64,000 bases of DNA, taken from assembly GCA_028534125.1 (NCBI GenBank), contig CM052839.1:10292001-10356000 (forward strand). Reading direction: 5' to 3'. Numbering within the stretch: the stretch's first letter is position 1; the number at the start of each line of letters is the position of its first letter. This document shows positions 1 to 12,708 of the stretch, one piece after another. Below the pieces are notes generated by a model, which did no database searches, had not been told where the DNA came from, and worked only from the letters and a program-made list of their open reading frames with translations. Made by a program: the position numbers and the translations under genes. Origin of the DNA: Lama glama (taxonomy: Eukaryota).

Positions 1-306
1 TGTGACACAGAGCCTGCTACTGGGACATGAGTTAAGGGTTTTCTTCGCCCCTCTGGTTTCCCTTCTTTCTTCTTTTTTCCTCCTACCTGAAGCATAGGTA
101 CAACGTTGGAGGGGCAGCAGCTACCTTGTGACCATGAGGACAAAAAAACAGAAGCCAAAAATGGGAGAACAGAAGGAAAAAAAAAAAAGAGCCTGGGCCC
201 CTAAGAACATCATAAAACCACCACATCAGCTCTCAACTGCCTGAAAGCCATTTAGGTGTGTTTTCTGTTCCTTGCAGGCAAGCCAAGCACGTTCCTAACG
301 GACACA
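1..306 (+). mobile_element. MLT1 (MaLR) LTR, partial
   Basis: GCAGCAGCTACCTTGTGACCATGAG...GAGCCTGGGCCCCT...TTTTCTGTTCCTTGCAG...CCTAACGGACACA. Confidence 0.75.
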
Positions 307-689
307 GTCCTGGATGTGGACAGATGTCCACATTGTGCTGTGACTCCATCAGAAGAATGAGAGCAGGGTAGGATAGGTATCAAAAAGCCCTTTGCTGGCA
401 TTATAAGAAGTCAATATTATTGACCAAGTGAGGTCAGTTCACATCCGTTAATTTTAGAATGGAGCTACATATAAGAAACAGCCAAAAAAGGTGAAAAATG
501 TTGCCTTTAGAATATTGGATGGGAGTGAGGGATAAAGAGCTGATATATTTGTTACATACTTTTAGAATTAAAAAAAATGTACACTGTGCCCATGTTTAAC
601 TTTTTTAATTAAAATTTTAAATTAATTAAAAAAGTGAAACAAAAACCGTTTCACAGAATGTCTTTTGCCTTAGATCTTTACTTTGTCTT

Positions 690-1200
690 CTAGTAACATG
701 GGAACGTCCACTTTCCATATTTTCCCCTTTTTACTATTTCAGCCATGTCTTCTCCCATGCTGTTACCTGAGTCTGTTTGGATCATTTTATTTTAGGTGTG
801 TAGACTGTAGACAGTACATACTCGGGTTTGGGGTTTTGACCCCGTCTGTCTTGTCTTTGAATAGAAAAGCTTGATCCATTTGCTTTTATTGATACAACTC
901 CTAGGTTTGATCTTTTTTCTGTCATCTTTTTCTGTGCTTTTCACCGTTTAATGCTTTCTTTGCTTTCTGGCTTGATAAATGGATTTAGCATTTGGAGAGA
1001 TGTATTCTGTTTAAAGCCGTAACTGATTCTTATCTTTAAGGTTTTTCAAAAGTGCATTTCAAAGGGCATGTCTTAAACTGCATTTCCTTAGTAGTCTGAA
1101 TCTGGACCAAAACATTAATCCATCCCAATTATTATGTTTAAAATAGAACACAGAACTTTTCTGCTTTTTATCTTCTTCTCTTCTCTCTTATGATTCACAG
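690..1200 (-). mobile_element. Degenerate L1 fragment
   Basis: T-rich + strand with L1-like antisense motifs (GATCCATTTGCTTTTATTG). Confidence 0.5.
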
Positions 1201-1244
1201 TCACCTGTTTTTCACAACTTATTTTTGAGATGTTACCTTCTGTC

Positions 1245-1640
1245 AACTCATTCATACTTTTATTCATATAACAAACCTTGTTCCATATACTGCAGTAGAC
1301 AAGAAGTTTGGAGAAAGGGTCACAGTTCTTGCCCTCTAGGCACTTGAAAGCTACTAAGGAAGCGGTGGTGGGCCAGGGAAGTGGCGTAGCAGATGTACGC
1401 CAGTGCCACGGAGGAGAAACTAGGAGAGGCATGCAACCTGGACTGGCTTCTCAGGGAAGACTTCCTGGAGGAGGCGACACTTGAGCTGAATCTTAGAGCA
1501 TGATGTTGATTACTGAGTCCAGAACTGGGGAGAGATCTTTCCAGCAGAAGGAGCAGCATACATATAGAGAAAAGGAGGTAAGAAAATGCCTTGGGTTGTG
1601 GTAACTAAACAGCTCAGTGTTGCATAAACGTGGTGGCCAG
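1245..1640 (-). mobile_element. L2 3' fragment
   Basis: TCAGGGAAGACTTCCTGGAGGAGGCGACACTTGAGCTGAATCTT...TTCCAGCAGAAGGAGCAGC. Confidence 0.7.
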
Positions 1641-2419
1641 TGAGAAAGGAAAGGGTCAGAATGGTGCAGTGAGAGATCCACTCACTTGGTCACAGATGGC
1701 CGTGAATGTCACTCTCAAGAAGGATGCTACCCAAGAATCCTAAGCAGGATGCAAACGGGATGCAGGGTCGGGGTGGGAGGAATGAGGAGAGAAGGTGGCA
1801 GACCTTCTTTGAGTATACTTTATAATGAAGGTGACTAAAATAAAGAGGAAGTGATGGGACAGGACAAATGGGTATAGTCAGGAAACCTCGAGACCGTGAC
1901 CTTCGAGGGACAGCAGGGAGGTTACCACTCCATGTGCTGCTCCAAACTCTCTGGTCCACTTTTCTCTCCAGCTCCAGGCAAAGCTCCATTGGAAGTGAAA
2001 TAAGACTTTCCAGTTTATACCATGAAGAAATACCGGTTCTGAGGTCTCACTGGTCACAGCCCAATGGCTTGGATGAGCCGTCTTTTGAGGTGCAGGAGAT
2101 TCAGGCAGAAGAAGTTGGGAGAAGGTAGAAGTCACTTCAAGCCCAACTTCCTGAGGCCAATGAGGTTACAGAGAAACTAGGTAAGCCCCCTTCTCCCTGC
2201 CTCAAATCCTCACCCACCCCTTGTGAAGTCTTCCATCTTTTAAACAGAGACAGTTTAATAAGGTATGGCAGTATTAGGAGTTACAAGCAGAAACGTGGCT
2301 TCCTAGCTCAGCCGGGTTTTGCAGGGTAGAGCGATGTGGTTATGGACGTGGCAGCTGAGCAGCACGTGAGCGCAGGAGAGAGGAAGCCTTGAATTTGGTA
2401 TTCCCAATACTCGTTATTG

Positions 2420-3145
2420 TCCTATGGTCCTTGGGTGTTTTGTTCTATTTTTTCTTTCTTTTTCCTCTTTGAATTACATTTTTTGAAGTTTCTATCGATG
2501 TCCTCAAGCTCCTTGATTATTTCCTTGGCTGAGTCCAGTTTGCCGAGGAGTCTGTCAAAGGCAGTCTTCATTTCCGTTACGGTGTTTTGATCTCTAGCCT
2601 TCACTTTTGATTCTTAGAGTCTCCATCTCACTGCTCACACGACCAGTCTGCCAATCTGTTCTTGCGTGTTGCCTACTTTTTCCATTAGCGCCTTTAGAAT
2701 GCTAATCATAGTAGTTTTAAAGTCCCAGTCTGCCAATTCCAGCATCTCTGCCGTATTTGAATTTGGTTCTGATGTTTGCCCTGGCTCCTCAATCTGTGGG
2801 GTTTTTGTTTTGTTGTTTTGTTTTGTTCTGTTTTTTTTGCCTTTTAATATGCCTTGTCATTTTGTTGTTGTTGTTGCAAGTTTGACGTGATACACTAGAT
2901 TAAAGGAACCTGGTACTGGTTCCTGCAGAGTTTTCTCCTGACCTTCAACTCCAGTGGAGTGCAATCTTCTGTCTACCTGTCTGTCTCTTCCATTTTGGGG
3001 GCCAAGGTTTGCCCTATGATGTCAGTATTCTGATGAATCTAAGAAGCACTGTTGACTTTCAGTCTGTTCATCTTTGCTCCTGTTGTGTGGATGGGAGGGA
3101 TGACTTCCAAATTCCCTACATGTGGACCTGGAAACCCAAAGTCCT
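2420..3145 (-). mobile_element. Old L1 5' region / ORF1 relic
   Basis: ORF 2422-2604(-) NTVTEMKTAFDRLLGKLDSAKEIIKELED resembles the L1 ORF1p coiled coil. Confidence 0.8.
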
Positions 3146-3324
3146 TGATTTGGAATTGTATTCATCAGAAGTTGACAAACAATATTAAGGAAACTGGTTT
3201 TAGAATTTTGGAAGGAGAGCTTTTAGGGGTGTCAGGAAAGAATGAGGCCTTTGCCTTCAAAGGAGGATTTGCGTAGCTAGTTCCAGTCTCTTCCCTACAG
3301 ACACAGTGAACTTTAGAGGACTCT

Positions 3325-3432
3325 CCCTTCCATTTTGCAGATAAGCACCTGGAGGTTCAGAGAGGTAAAGTGATTTTCTCATGATCACACAGCCAATAAT
3401 AGATCTGGGGCTTGAGTCCAGGTCTCCTGATA
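3325..3432 (-). mobile_element. MIR SINE
   Basis: CCATTTTGCAGATAAG...TCAGAGAGGTAAAGTGA...TCACACAGC core. Confidence 0.75.
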
Positions 3433-3745
3433 AAAAGTTCAGGGTTCTTCCCGGGGCCCATATGTCTCCCGGGTCTGTGCTCTTGGGGGTCCTTTAACCT
3501 TCTTTCACAGAGACGACAGTCACGACCACAGAGGATCTGGAGGAGGGGTGTGTGTGTCCTTACTGGAGGGGAAGATGGGGAGGAAATACTAGAATGATTC
3601 AGAACCAGAAAGAAACGCCCCGAGAGGAGGAAGAGGCGTTTTGAAAAGGAAAAGGGACTTGGTGGTCACAGGAATGTGAGAGTCCCCTTCCCCCTGACTC
3701 CCCGGAGCTCGGCACCCGGCCCCAGTCTGACGATTGTCTGCACGC

Positions 3746-3763
3746 TGATGCCCTCTAGTGGTC
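3746..3763 (-). promoter_or_regulatory. CTCF core motif
   Basis: Reverse complement GACCACTAGAGGGCATCA fits the CTCF consensus; motif only, binding unknown. Confidence 0.6.
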
Positions 3764-5557
3764 TGAAGAGAGACATCCTTTTCCCAAAGCTGGCTGCCCT
3801 GGAAACCTGAAGCTTGAGCCCCTGGGAGGGAAAGAAAAATGTCCCTCCTCTCGTCCCTCACTTTGTTTCAGAGATTTGTCCAACCAGGTTTTTTTCCTCT
3901 TTTACCCTTTACCTTCTTTTTGTTAAGCAATCCAAAGACTTAACAATACGCGTGAAGGAGAGCGTTACCCCACACGGAGAACCACAGGTACACACGTGCG
4001 GGGGGCGGGGTGGGGGGAAGGAAGCCCTCGAGATACACACAGACACACAGGGATGTGCCTCCTCAAGTGCACACCGCTGGGCGCGGAGCGGGGAGGAGGG
4101 CTGTGCGGGTCCTACAAGGTATGAAATTTGGGGATCTCCCTTTGAAAAAAAAGAACGCAAAAGCACAAATACAAAGTTAAGCACAGAGCTTTGGAAGCGG
4201 CCCCTTCCTCAGCTTCACGGTGAAGAATTCTCACACGCACATACCCCTCTGCCGGTGCACACGCAGAGAGGGAACGAAGGAATGAAGCAGGGCTATTTTT
4301 AATTTTCACTATTATCCCTGAAATCCGATCTAGACTGAGAATGGTCCACTTCAGTGACGTCACATTGACAGGCTGTACAATCATGTTCCCATGGTTTAAA
4401 ATGTTTCTGGAATTGTTCCTTTTAATTGCCTTGTGGTACATTCCTTGGAACATCATTAATAATCACTTCTGTCACTTAAGTGCAGCTTGTGTGTGTGTGT
4501 GTGCAGTAGCCAAGTGCACACAGACAAGTACTAAGCTGGATGTGCTAGCGGCTGACGCTGGTTTTGGTCAAGAGGAAAGGGTCTTTTTAAAAGCGATCAA
4601 ACTCTTCTGCCCTTTCGACGCTTCTGTACTCTCCGGGAATGACGTTTCCCTGAGAAGGAACTCCAAGATGTTTTTAGCAATAAAGCAGTCACTGGACTAG
4701 GTGTCGGTGTGGGGTGACCACGAGACTCTGCGTCACAGCCCCCCCCCCCCACCGTAGGAGGGACACAGACCGGGGCCCAGCTGCAGAGCTAGGGAAACCA
4801 CTTGTGCACAAGGAGGCCAGGCTGCCCCCGGGCTGCTCCCAGCCCAGACCCGTGTGCAGCGGGAACACAAGGCAGGCCCCTTCCTGCCTGGCGGGGCCCC
4901 GTGATGGCCAACTCCAGCACAAAAGCATCCCCGGACTTCGCTGAACCTTTGATAGACTACGTGGCAGTTTAAGGTATTTCCATCAAACTCTGCCTTTCCC
5001 TGTCCTTCACTCACTGTCAGATTTGTGTCACCATCTGACGCCCTCACTCCCAGCTTGTCTGGCCTGCTCCCTATTCCCCCTGCCACACACAGGCCTTTTT
5101 CCTAAAAACCCTTGCCCAGTTCATCCCGTCTTGGTTTCTGCTCCTTGGAGGACCAGACCCAGCTTTCCAGTAATCACTTCAAAGAACAGCATCCTCTGAG
5201 ATTTCTCTGATGTCTGTGTAACTTTGATAAGGAATCTGGGCCCCTGTTTTTCATGTTTGACTGACCGCTTTTGAGCCTCACCCCGCCCTCCACCCCTTGT
5301 ACTGCGCCTCTGTGGGGACTGATAAGAAAGCTCCTTGGCACCAGCAGGAGAGTGAAACCCCGCTAGTGCCTGCGTCTTCCTGGGAGCGCTCACCCTGGCC
5401 CCTTTCCCTCTCTGCCCTCGAAGCCCAGGCCGGGCTCCCTTCCTCCACCTCTCAGGTTATCTTCCACCTACTTGAGATGCTTGCCTGCTCTCTCCCCAGA
5501 GACCTCAGTTCTGTAAGTCATAAGCCTTTTCATACCTTCCCGGTGAATGTGCAGCAT

Positions 5558-6039
5558 TGTTGCCGGAGAATAGGTTCTTGTCTCACCAAGGAAAGACTTC
5601 AAGAGCGGGCCATAGTGGAGTGAGAGTGGATGTATTCAGGGAGAGACAACTCCCCACAGACAGAGCGTGGGCTGTCTCGGGCGGCAGGAGCGGCAGCTCC
5701 AGGGTGCAGGGTTGTTAGTTTTTATGGGCTGGGCAATTTCATATGCTAATGAGTGGGAGGGTTATTCCAACTATTTTGGGGAAAAGGCAGGGATTTCCAG
5801 GAATTGGGCCCCCCACCCACTTTTTGGCCTTTTATGTTCAGCATGGGACCTGTGTGCCTGTGGGTGTGTCATTTAGCAGCTAACATATTACAATGAGCAT
5901 GTAATGAGGCTCAAGGTGTACGAGACGTCAAGTCTCCTGCCATCTTGGGCTGAGTTGGTTCTAACCAGTTTATGTTCCATCCCCAATTTCTGTGTCATTC
6001 TTTTAATGGTTGTGCCCTGCCCCCTTCCCTCCTGTGTCA
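5558..6039 (-). mobile_element. ERV1-class solo LTR (482 bp)
   Basis: TG...CA termini with a perfect 4-bp TSD GCAT (5554-5557 and 6040-6043). Confidence 0.85.
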
Positions 6040-7387
6040 GCATCATCAGTTTTGACAACCGAACCAAATTCTGGGAGGGGGGGTTCGCGTATTCTTTGAA
6101 GGATGGTCATAAGAGTAACACCACGTTGTCAGTGGCCAAATATTGGAATTGGCTACTTGGCTCCAGACTAAAAACAAGCGTTGCTAATTACCCCACCTTC
6201 TCACTTGAGAGGATCTCCAACTGTGCAGTCAGCCCCCTTCCTTCAGGGCATGTGGAATGATGCCTTTCAGTAAAGATAGTACCACCCACCCACTCCTCAC
6301 ACACAACTGTAACATAAAAGGAAGGTGAGGGGGAGGGCAGGTGGCATTTTCAAGGAGTGTCATGCTTGTGAAAAGTAGCTCTTGCCTTTTCAAACCCGAG
6401 AGAGAGAGCAACCAAGAGCATCCGTCGTAACCAAGAGAATCAAGGAAAGTGCCTGAACCCTCTCTCCCTCCACTCAGTTGGGGACTGGAGATCATCTTGT
6501 CCCAAAGGTGACCAGAAGAAGCCGAGCGCCAGAGGTGATGGAGGACAGAGGAGATGACTGAGACAGGGTGTGTCAGTGGGGGAGCCACGTGGTGAAGATG
6601 TATGTTTCCCGAGCAGGCAGGAAGTAGAAAGCTCTAGACAGCTTGAAGCTTCTTCAGCCTATGGGGCTGCTCGTGTGGTGTGGGGGACCCATAAACAAGA
6701 TGGGATGGTAGACAGCCTGGAGTGGGTCCTGGGAAGAGGAGGAGGAAGACATGGCAACTGGGAGATGAATCCAGGGTAACGGGCAAGGGCAGGGCCACCT
6801 AGGGGTCTCTGAAACACTGACAGATCTCTGTGAAATCACCAACACTCTTCTGGAAACGTGACATACAGGGAGAATCAGTGGCTACTGGCTACCCAGTGTT
6901 AGAGGGGAGACAGCAGCCAGCTTTCCCGCTGGTCAGCCCTCTCCCTCCCCGGGGCCCCAGCATCAGCTTGGTGTGGACCGCCCACCCTCTCTGTTCCACA
7001 CCCCTAGCTTCGAGGCTGGCCCCGCGGTAGTAGGGGGAAGAGCTGGGGGTGGGCGAGCAGGACTTTGGAATGATTGCTGAAATTACCGATTTTAAAAGAA
7101 ACAATACCGAGTCTGAAAAAGGAAACCAGACTGATAGAGTCACCCAAAGGGGCTGAAAAGTTACGGAATTCATCTGGGATGTCATGAAGGGAAGCCACCA
7201 TCGAGTGAAGGGGGAAAAGGAGTCGTCTGCAACCCGAGTAATAGCAGAAACTGGAAAAACAAATTGATTTTGTGTTTCTATTCCGGTGAGTTAATATTCT
7301 TCTCTAAATCAGCTACATATAATTTTTAAAAACACAAAATCGATCCTTAAAGGAAATAATTAAACATCACCTGTAATTTGGTACCTG

Positions 7388-7388
<1 letters not shown>

Positions 7389-7420
<32 letters not shown>
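7389..7420. repeat. (TA)16 microsatellite
   Basis: Read directly from the sequence. Confidence 0.97.
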
Positions 7421-7422
<2 letters not shown>

Positions 7423-9039
7423 CATAATTAATTACTTTCACATTTTTAAACAATGTTAATTTAATCCAGTAGTTTATGCCCCATATTTCCAGCCGCTGTG
7501 CTTAAGCCCTCATTGTTCTCTGCACCTGGAGTATCAGTCCTCATACTCCAACTCCTGTCTCTCAGCAAAAAATCTTCTGTTACTCAAAAAACTACCCTTT
7601 TTTCTCTCCCTTCAGAGTCTAGGGAAGAGAATGCCCTTGGCTAGAAATTTAATCTAGCTCTTTCAGGAAGTAATTATGACCCCCTGTTAGGTCTTTGTAT
7701 AGTCACGAGAGCGGTTCTTAAGAGGCATAAAGCTGGAAAATGGGCCCGTTTCTTATTTCCAACAGGCCCTAGGGGGTCACATTGTGAAAGAGTGGGGGCC
7801 CCTACACTGCTCAAAAGTAAATTATATAAGGCGTTAATTACACGTAGAGGGGAGGCTTTGAAAGCTGTGGGGATGGGAGAAACATACTTCTCTTCCACCT
7901 AATGGGTTTAGACTGTAATATCACTGATTATTAATATTCATCCTTGGGAAGTGTGTATGTGTGCATGGGGGAGGCAGAATTGGAAAGAAACCCCACGGCT
8001 TCCCAATGAGCTATCGACAGAACAAGGAGGTTGGTCTGCAGCTCACGAAGGCACTCAGTCCCCCGGGGGCTGGGATAGGAGCGTTGGCATCACAGCCTGG
8101 ACTTGCGCCAGAGGCCGCCGTGATTCTCCGGGGATGTTGTCTTAAACAGAACCGCTCAGCGCCGGGCGAGTGTCCTGTCGGCACAGAGGGAGGTGGCTGC
8201 TCCGTAGAGATCAGTCTCCACAGGGAGACAGGCAGGCCTCCTGAAACATCGGGAGAGAGTCCCGGGACGGAGAGGAGAAGAAGGGCATTCACCGTGAGGC
8301 CAGACCCCCAGACAAGGGGGCGCCACTGGGAGCTGGGGGTGCCCAGGAGGGCATCCCCTGTGTGAGGCTGACTTTGTGAGCTTTTTTCCCTTGTACGAGT
8401 GTGAAAATCATATTAAGGTTTTAAATGTCCATTCTCCTCTATTACATAAATGTCCTTTGGTTGCTGTAATCCTACATAACGGCTGAGATATATATACACG
8501 CACTATATATATATGAATGTATACCGCGCACACACACATACATTCTATGTATGTAAAAGCGCGGAGTTAGGAAGAACAAAGGAACAGACTAACGAAGGCG
8601 GGCAGGGCCTGCCCAGTTCACTTTGGTGCGTGGCTGAGCCCAGGGGGCAGCATCCCCGATGGGAAGTGCCTTCCAGGAAAATGCCCAAGAGCAGGAGTGG
8701 AGCTGGGCGCTGCGGGAAGCGGGGCAGGATGGGGAGGCGGGGAGGCCTGCAGACCGAGCCCTCCTCCCTCCCTGCGTGTATGAGAAGAAGGTGACCTTTC
8801 AAAGTGGGAAAAGGCTGACGTGTTGGTTACTCTCTTCACTCCCCAAGGCTGTCTTTCAAATGCCGCATCCTTCGCTGAGCCTTCCTTGGGCTCCTCCACG
8901 CTAGAAAGAGTCCCTCTCGCCTCCAAAAGCTAAGAGCCCCTGACTTGGGCCTCCCTTCGGGCTTTCACCAATGGCTGCTTTCAGTGAGAGTCGTTGGTAA
9001 AGTAACTCCTCATTGCCCGGGCCCCTTCAGTTTGCCTTC

Positions 9040-9437
9040 ATGTCCGCTGGCGCCCCCTCCAGCTCCCACCCCTCTCCATCCTGCTGAGCTGTGTGCTCTC
9101 CAGCTTCCCTAGGCCCGCGGGGAGCCCTTTCAGCAGATGGGAGGGAGTCGGGATATTTGGGCCCCAAGTTCTTTCCCTTGGAAGTCACCTCAGTCAAGGT
9201 GGTTAGAGGTCACTGAAGGTCACTCCCCTCAAGGTGGTTGTACTCGGAGACTCCATCCCCTTCCAGGCCCCGGTCTCCTCTGCACGCCTAAGCTCTGTAG
9301 GCCGGTATGACACCTTGGCTGCTACTAGCCCACACTCCCTTAGCTCCCTGTGCCCCCCCCCCACCCCGTCCATTCCTTTCTAAACAGTTCTTCTGTTTGC
9401 CTACCCAGTGCTTCCAGCTGGGACACTGCCTGACACA
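9040..9437 (+). mobile_element. ERVL LTR (LTR33/LTR16-like)
   Basis: GCTGCTACTAGCCC and a terminal CTTCCAGCTGGGACACTGCCTGACACA. Confidence 0.55.
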
Positions 9438-9576
9438 CGCCCTTACTAAATAAAGGGAGCACGTACCAACGATGTTTGAATGGTGCTCATTCTGGACCCA
9501 TGGTTAAAGTAGTCTTGCCTAGCATAGGTGCCCAGCAAGCATTTGTCCAGTAATACTCCTGTCTCTACCTGTAGAA

Positions 9577-9780
9577 CTGAGTCTCTCAGCCTCGGCACTG
9601 TTGACACTTTGGGGCGGACGCCTCCTTGCGGCGGGGGCCGTCCTGTGCCCTGCAGGGCGTTTGGAAGCAGCCCTGGCCTCTGTGTTCCAGGTGCTAGTAG
9701 CACCCCACCTCCAGCCGAGGCAGCCACGGAGGTCTGCAGACATCGCTAAATGCCCCCCAGGCAGCAAGGTCGCCCCCTAG
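9577..9780. mobile_element. MER20 (hAT-Charlie) non-autonomous DNA transposon
   Basis: TCTCAGCCTCGGCACTGTTGACACTTTGGGGCGGA...GTCCTGTGCCCTGCAGGGCGTTTGG...CAGACATCGCTAAATGCCCCC. Confidence 0.85.
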
Positions 9781-11079
9781 CAGCTCACTCCTTTTGTCAT
9801 TTCATCATTCATGTTACAAAAGCCAGTATCATTACTTCATAACAAGAGTTCATAGTTTACACGTATGTATACACACACACACACACACGCGCGCACGAAG
9901 GCACACCTCCAGATCCACAAAGAAGGAACACGTCATAGTCGCATAGTCTGACATGTATAAATACACGTGCACACGTGAAAATGTATTTGACATGGATTCT
10001 CAAAGTTAGGAAATCGAAGACACCTTGTCTCATTTTTAAAAACACACTATTATCAAGTGAAAAAGAACAGAGACTCACTCACCACTTGGAGATAACTTTA
10101 AATGAGGTTTCTTTGACCTTTACAGAGATTCATGAGCTTAGATCTTCAAAAGATCACAGGCATAAGCATAAATGTGGCAGTGCTAAACAGGACATGAAAT
10201 AGAAAATGATCAAAAGAAGCAAGGCGCTTCCAGGTACAACAGCGAGAACGCGGGGTCTGATGGGCGCCCTCCCGCCGCCCACTCCACCCAGACTCACTGG
10301 AACGGCCGCGGCGTGCGAGCAGAGGCACGGATTACGGACTCTTCATCTTGCTGCCTGCAAGACAAGTGTGTCAGGGGCCTCAAAGCTCTTAAAGCTGCTG
10401 TGTTGCTCTCGGAGTCTGATCGCAGCTTCATTCCGCTTCTTTCTTTCGCATCCGTGGGCTTCCTTTCCAGTTCCTTTTCTCTCTCCCACCAGCGGCCACT
10501 GCGCCAGCACCGCCGTGTTGCACAAATCCAGGGGGCGCCACTCAGTTTATTTGGGAGCCTTCCTTTGCTAGCACGCTCTCTCTCACTAGAGATAATAATA
10601 ATAGTGCCGGGCCCTCTCCTCCCCCTGCCAGAGGTGCTGATGATAGTGTGGGGCTGTTTGGAGACGTCCTTCAGAGTCCTGGGGGTGTCCCAGGTAACGG
10701 AGGAGACGTTCCCAGGGCTCCAGTGCAGGGAACTGAGCCGCAGGCACTGGAAACCGTCCTAAGACTCAACTAGGCAGGTTAAAATGAGGTCACCGATTCA
10801 CACAGAGCTGGGCCCAGGGCAGCCCCAGAGGCAAGCACAGGCGTCTGTGATGGCCTTGTGCGTCCTGCCCCAGGCAGCCGACAAGAATGTGCTGGGTTTA
10901 AAGGGGCAATAAGGTAAAGTCAACCACAGCAACAGCAAGCAACTTAAGTGAGTTTCCACCAGTCAGCTGCGCCCAGGTGACACTCGGATTTGAGACGCAG
11001 CTAAGAGGCAGGTGTGTGCCGTACATTTTACAGAGAAAGGTAAGGGCAATGGCTTCCTTTACACGGCAGAGGTAACTGG

Positions 11080-11225
11080 TTCTGCTCCCTGCTTCTCGCC
11101 CATAATTGTTCCTGGAAAAGTGTTCTATCAGCTTTTTCAAAGATTTTTCTAAGTGACTAAATACCCTTTAATAAATTCCTCCCTGCTTAAAGTAGCTGGA
11201 GAAGACAGTATGGTCTGCAACTACA
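11080..11225 (+). mobile_element. ERVL/MaLR LTR 3' end
   Basis: TTTAATAAATTCCTCCCTGCTTAAAGTAGCTGGAG...GGTCTGCAACTA. Confidence 0.5.
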
Positions 11226-11257
11226 AATGCAGTCATTCTTGGATTGTAATTCAAGCT

Positions 11258-11281
11258 CTGTGTGTGTGTGTGTGTGTGTGT
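11258..11281. repeat. (TG)n microsatellite
   Basis: Read directly from the sequence. Confidence 0.95.
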
Positions 11282-11557
11282 CCTAAAATAACACACTTGA
11301 TACTGACATGAATTTGGAAAACATGTGATTGGTGCTTGGGGGTCTCGTCCTCCGGCCAGCCCCCACTTGGAAGCAGGGGTGGTTAACTTTCTTACTTTTT
11401 ATTGGAGGAAGGATACAGTCATGGGCAAAAGCCTTAATCATTTGAGGCCATTGTACTGTGCAGTGTATGACAATACGCATTGTAGCAATACAGATGGACT
11501 GGAAAACACTGATTTCCATTAACCTACGTTTTATGCCATTGAAGTTTTAGTCCCCTC

Positions 11558-11800
11558 TTACTGCATGACTCCATTTGTATTAAATGTCCAAAATAGGCAA
11601 ACCCATACAGACAGCGAGCAGGTTAGTGGCTCTTGGGGGCGGGGAGGAGAGGGGGTAGGAAGTGATTGTTTGCTAGGTACGGGGCTTCCTTCCGGGATGA
11701 TGCAAATATTCTGGAACTGGACAATGATGATGACTGTGTAGCATCGTGAATGTCACGAAAGGTGAATTTTAGGTTATATGTATTTTACCACAGCAAACAA
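11558..11800 (+). mobile_element. L1MB-like 3' end
   Basis: TACTGCATGACTCCATTTGTATTAAATGTCCAAAATAGGCAAACCCATACAGACAG...GGTGAATTTTAGGTTATATGTATTTTACCAC. Confidence 0.8.
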
Positions 11801-12708
11801 AAGTCTAGTGGGATGCATATACACTTCAAGAAACTTGAAGAAAAGAATAGGTTAAAAGCATAACAGATTAAATGTTAAAGAAAAGTGGGAAAAAAGTAAA
11901 CATAAAAGCAGAAATTGATGAAATAGAACTAGCCTACAGAAGAGATCAATAAAGCTCTACTCTGGGCAGAAAGGGGAGCCTAATAAAACTGACCCAAGAG
12001 AAAACGGAGGAAGACACAAACACGTCAGGAACAAACCAGGGCACACCACCGAGAGCATGCAGACACTAGGAAGGAAGTCAGAGAGAATTACGAACAGCTT
12101 TATGTCAACAAATTTTAATTTTAGGGGAGATGAATGCAGAAATGTGTAATTTGTTAAAAATGACACAAGAAGAAATAGAAAATCTGAATAGTCTAATAAC
12201 TCTTAAAGAAACCATAAAAAAATTGTGAAACCATAATTTGAAACGTTCTACAAATGCAGTTGCAGGAGCAAATGGCTTCACTGGTAGAGGGCCGTCTTAC
12301 ACAAAGGTTAAGAGAGGCTGCTCCCCAGTTTGTTTCAAGAGGTCAGAATACCTTGACCCAAATACCCAACAAGGTCAGTACGAGAAAGGAAGATACTCAT
12401 TTGTGAGCAAAGAGGCAGAAATCCGAAAGAAAGTGTTAGCAAGCTGAAGCCAGCACTGTATATATAATATATGTGTAATAACTCTTTAGAGATATATATG
12501 TAGATATATCCATTATATTATATATATATATAAAGAGTTATATTTATCATTAGGTATTTGAGTTTATTTCAGGAATGCACGGTTTAATTAAACATTTGGA
12601 AATCAATGTAATATACCACATTAACAAAATAAAGAGAAACATAATAGATGCAGAATAGTTATCTGGCAAATTTAAACATCTGTTCATTAAATTTAAAAGC
12701 AAAAACCT

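Noticed and set aside
2422-2604. Coiled-coil-like 60-aa ORF
   Set aside because: Relic of L1 ORF1p, not a host gene
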